The position numbers and the translations under genes are program-made. Below are positions 61,727 through 64,000 of a stretch of 64,000 nucleotides of DNA, piece by piece. Position 1 is the first letter of the stretch. Every line of letters starts with the position of its first letter. The DNA is from Camelus ferus (lineage: Eukaryota): assembly GCF_009834535.1 (NCBI RefSeq), contig NC_045707.1, forward strand, positions 53,136,001 through 53,200,000, in the 5' to 3' direction. The notes beneath the pieces were generated by a model. The model worked only from the letters and a program-made list of their open reading frames with translations, was not told the DNA's origin and did no database searches.

Positions 61727-61795
61727 TGACCCCAGCACGCGCTGACCCCCGGCACGCACTGACACCCCCAGCACGCGCTGACCACCTGGCACACC
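61727..61795 (+). repeat. Short 16-19 bp tandem repeat, ~4 copies, EDAR intron 4
   Basis: TGACCCC(C)(A/G)GCACGC(G/A)C units. Confidence 0.8.
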
Positions 61796-64000
61796 CATGA
61801 GCAAAGCCAGGAGTGGGAAGACCCCATGGGAACCACTTCCTTTTCCAGGACTGCCCCTGCTCAGCCATCTGGGTGTCCCTCCAAACCAGGGACCAGTCCC
61901 CAACACGCCCACCCCAACCCCAGCGAGGGCACAGCCAGTAGCCCCGGACTCTGGGACCTCCAGGACTAACTGGACACCGGCTTCCCGAGGTTGAGTGGGG
62001 CTGGCTGGCAGAGCACGGCTGCAGCCAAGACCGTGGTCAGGTCATCTCTGAGAGTCACCTGCTTCCTCAGGAAGTACTTGGCCAAAGACACCAGGTGAGC
62101 TCAGGCCAGGACTGCACCCACCCCAGGGAAAGGTCAAGGCATTCACGCAGGGCTGTCTTCACCCCCAGCGATGCCCCGCACGTCTTTCAGGCTTCGCGGA
62201 GTCAGTGTGCCAGCGCCCTCCCCAAGTTCTCTGCAGGCCACGCACATGCGGCCCCACTCAGTCTCCTTCCACCGCGGGCTCCGGTGCAGTTCCCAGAAAC
62301 ACACGTGCAGCCGCTCGCCACATCATGAGGAGTCAGTTAACACCGTGAGCCAATGCCAGTGTTTCCCTTGTTACAGCTCAAGGGATGGAAATACCTCTCG
62401 GCCACTGGATTCTCCTGTGGTTGTTCTTTAATCTCTGTTTTATTAGCTGTGCACACCTAGCCCCTTGATAGCAGTGGTGGGGGTTGGAGGGGCTGGACTC
62501 GGCCTCCATGAGCTGGAGCACCAGCAGTGTGACCATCGGTAGCTGCCTGCCCTTCCTCGGCGTGGGGAGGCGCTTGTAAACGCCAGCTAACTAATCTCCA
62601 AACACCCTCAGAGAAGCTGCAGCGGACGAGTGCTCCCAACACACTCTGCCGCGCTCCAGAGCCACCTGCCGGGGCACCTGCTCCCAGGCAGCCAGGCCAG
62701 CCCCACCAGCAGTGAGCACCAGCCCCAGAGCTCCCCGAGGTCACCAGCCCCAGAGCGTTCGTCCTGGTTCCCAGTGCCCTGTGCTGGATGCTGGGTGCTG
62801 GGGAGGGAGTCCTGGACAGGATTGATGGGACAAAGAATGAGAGACCGAGGCTTCTGCACAGAAGTTCAAACCCCAACACTGAGAGGAGCCCAGGACATTC
62901 TGCGGTCCCCCCGCTCTTCCCGGCCCACCCACTGGGCCCCAGGTGTGAGCTCTGCTTGGATGAAGCTCTCCACGCCCGATGGGTGCAGGGCCCTCGGGGT
63001 GGGTTCTGTGCACACACGGGGCCCCCGCGCTCCAGGCCCCTCCTCGGGTGACCGGCCATGTGTCTGGAGGCATCTCTGAGCTGAGGCGTCTGAACAAGCT
63101 GTGGATGAACTGGACAACAGCGAGAAACAGCCTCGGAAACCACTGCATTTAAAGCCTGTCCCCCTAAGGCCCTGTGGGGCTGCTTCTCCTCACTCGGCCG
63201 AATGGGCACCTCAGCCTTGTCCTGGGCCAATGGCAGCGAGGACCGAGACCAGTTGCTTCAGTTAATTTCCCTCAACCGGAGGCGGGTGTTAGCGTGGGGC
63301 CTCTGGTCCCTTTGTCTTTCTGTAAACGTCTCATTTCCTACACTTTGATCTACACTTTCACTTTTCCCTAGTTCTTTTTTTTCTCTGTTCTCGAAGGGTT
63401 GATTAAGCCCAAGACAAGACTCAGTTAAAACAGCGCCTCTAGAATCTTCCTCCAGGTCGTCAGGTACAGATACTCCCCGAGGCTCAGGGCTCCTAAGCTG
63501 TAACGGACGCTCCCTCTCCCCTCCCCGTGTGGGTGGGTAGTGCCCACCATGAACTTCACCCTGTCCTCCCGCGGTCCCAGGCCAGCGGGTGCTTGTCCAC
63601 GGGGGAGGCAACGCCCCAGGGAGGTTAAGAAACCCAGCCTCTAGACAGGCTCCGTTCCCAGGCCTCCCACACGAGCCTTTCTCAACAGGAAAGCCCCGTG
63701 GATGGCTCATTGTTCAGCCAGTGTCCCGGCCACATGCTGACACACAGTGGGAGGGCACAGGGTGAGGACAGAGCGCCTGCCAAACCACAGTGGGGAGAGT
63801 GCCAAGGCAGCCGCGGTCTGCGCCCACAGAGGGACCCACCGCTCAGGGATGAAATCAGCCTTTCCCGGAGCCCAGACGCCTCAGCCTCCTCTCCTCCCCT
63901 GCAGCCAGGCCCTGAGGGCTGCACTCCGGCCCCCGGGTGTCCACCTGGACGCCTGCCCCGTAAAGCACTGGGCCCGCCAGAGCTGGGGGCCGGAGGTAAC

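Noticed and set aside
62457..63230. 257-aa minus-strand ORF (and similar 200+ aa ORFs at 51584, 57855, 58539)
   Set aside because: GC-rich intronic sequence with overlapping ORFs in several frames, no recognisable domain, and the EDAR exon chain is complete without them.

Overview
Mammalian genomic window, most likely camelid judging by two vic-1-type tRNA-derived SINEs. It covers the convergent gene pair CCDC138 and EDAR. CCDC138 (+ strand) contributes its last 10 coding exons (1548-28227, poly(A) signal 28494). EDAR, the ectodysplasin A receptor (- strand), contributes exons 5-12 (61683-48189, poly(A) signals 46200/46314). All 18 exons have GT-AG borders and join in frame, so both genes look intact over the visible part. 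The intergenic space holds a decayed, nested class I ERV provirus (34696-45891, - strand) with two LTRs, a PBS-like and a PPT-like element and an env TM remnant. Inserted into it are a 5'-truncated L1 with a perfect TSD, a ~5.1 kb dead L1 ending in a foreign polyadenylated tail, and an extra solo LTR of the same family. Other notable signals are a 1.3 kb CCATCC/YCAY low-complexity expansion in a CCDC138 intron and one CCDC138 exon with near-saturated GC3, suggesting local GC-biased gene conversion. I found no support for a wholly new gene system; almost all ORF-track entries are chance GC-rich or repeat-derived ORFs. Gene and repeat-family names come from recalled sequences, not from a search.
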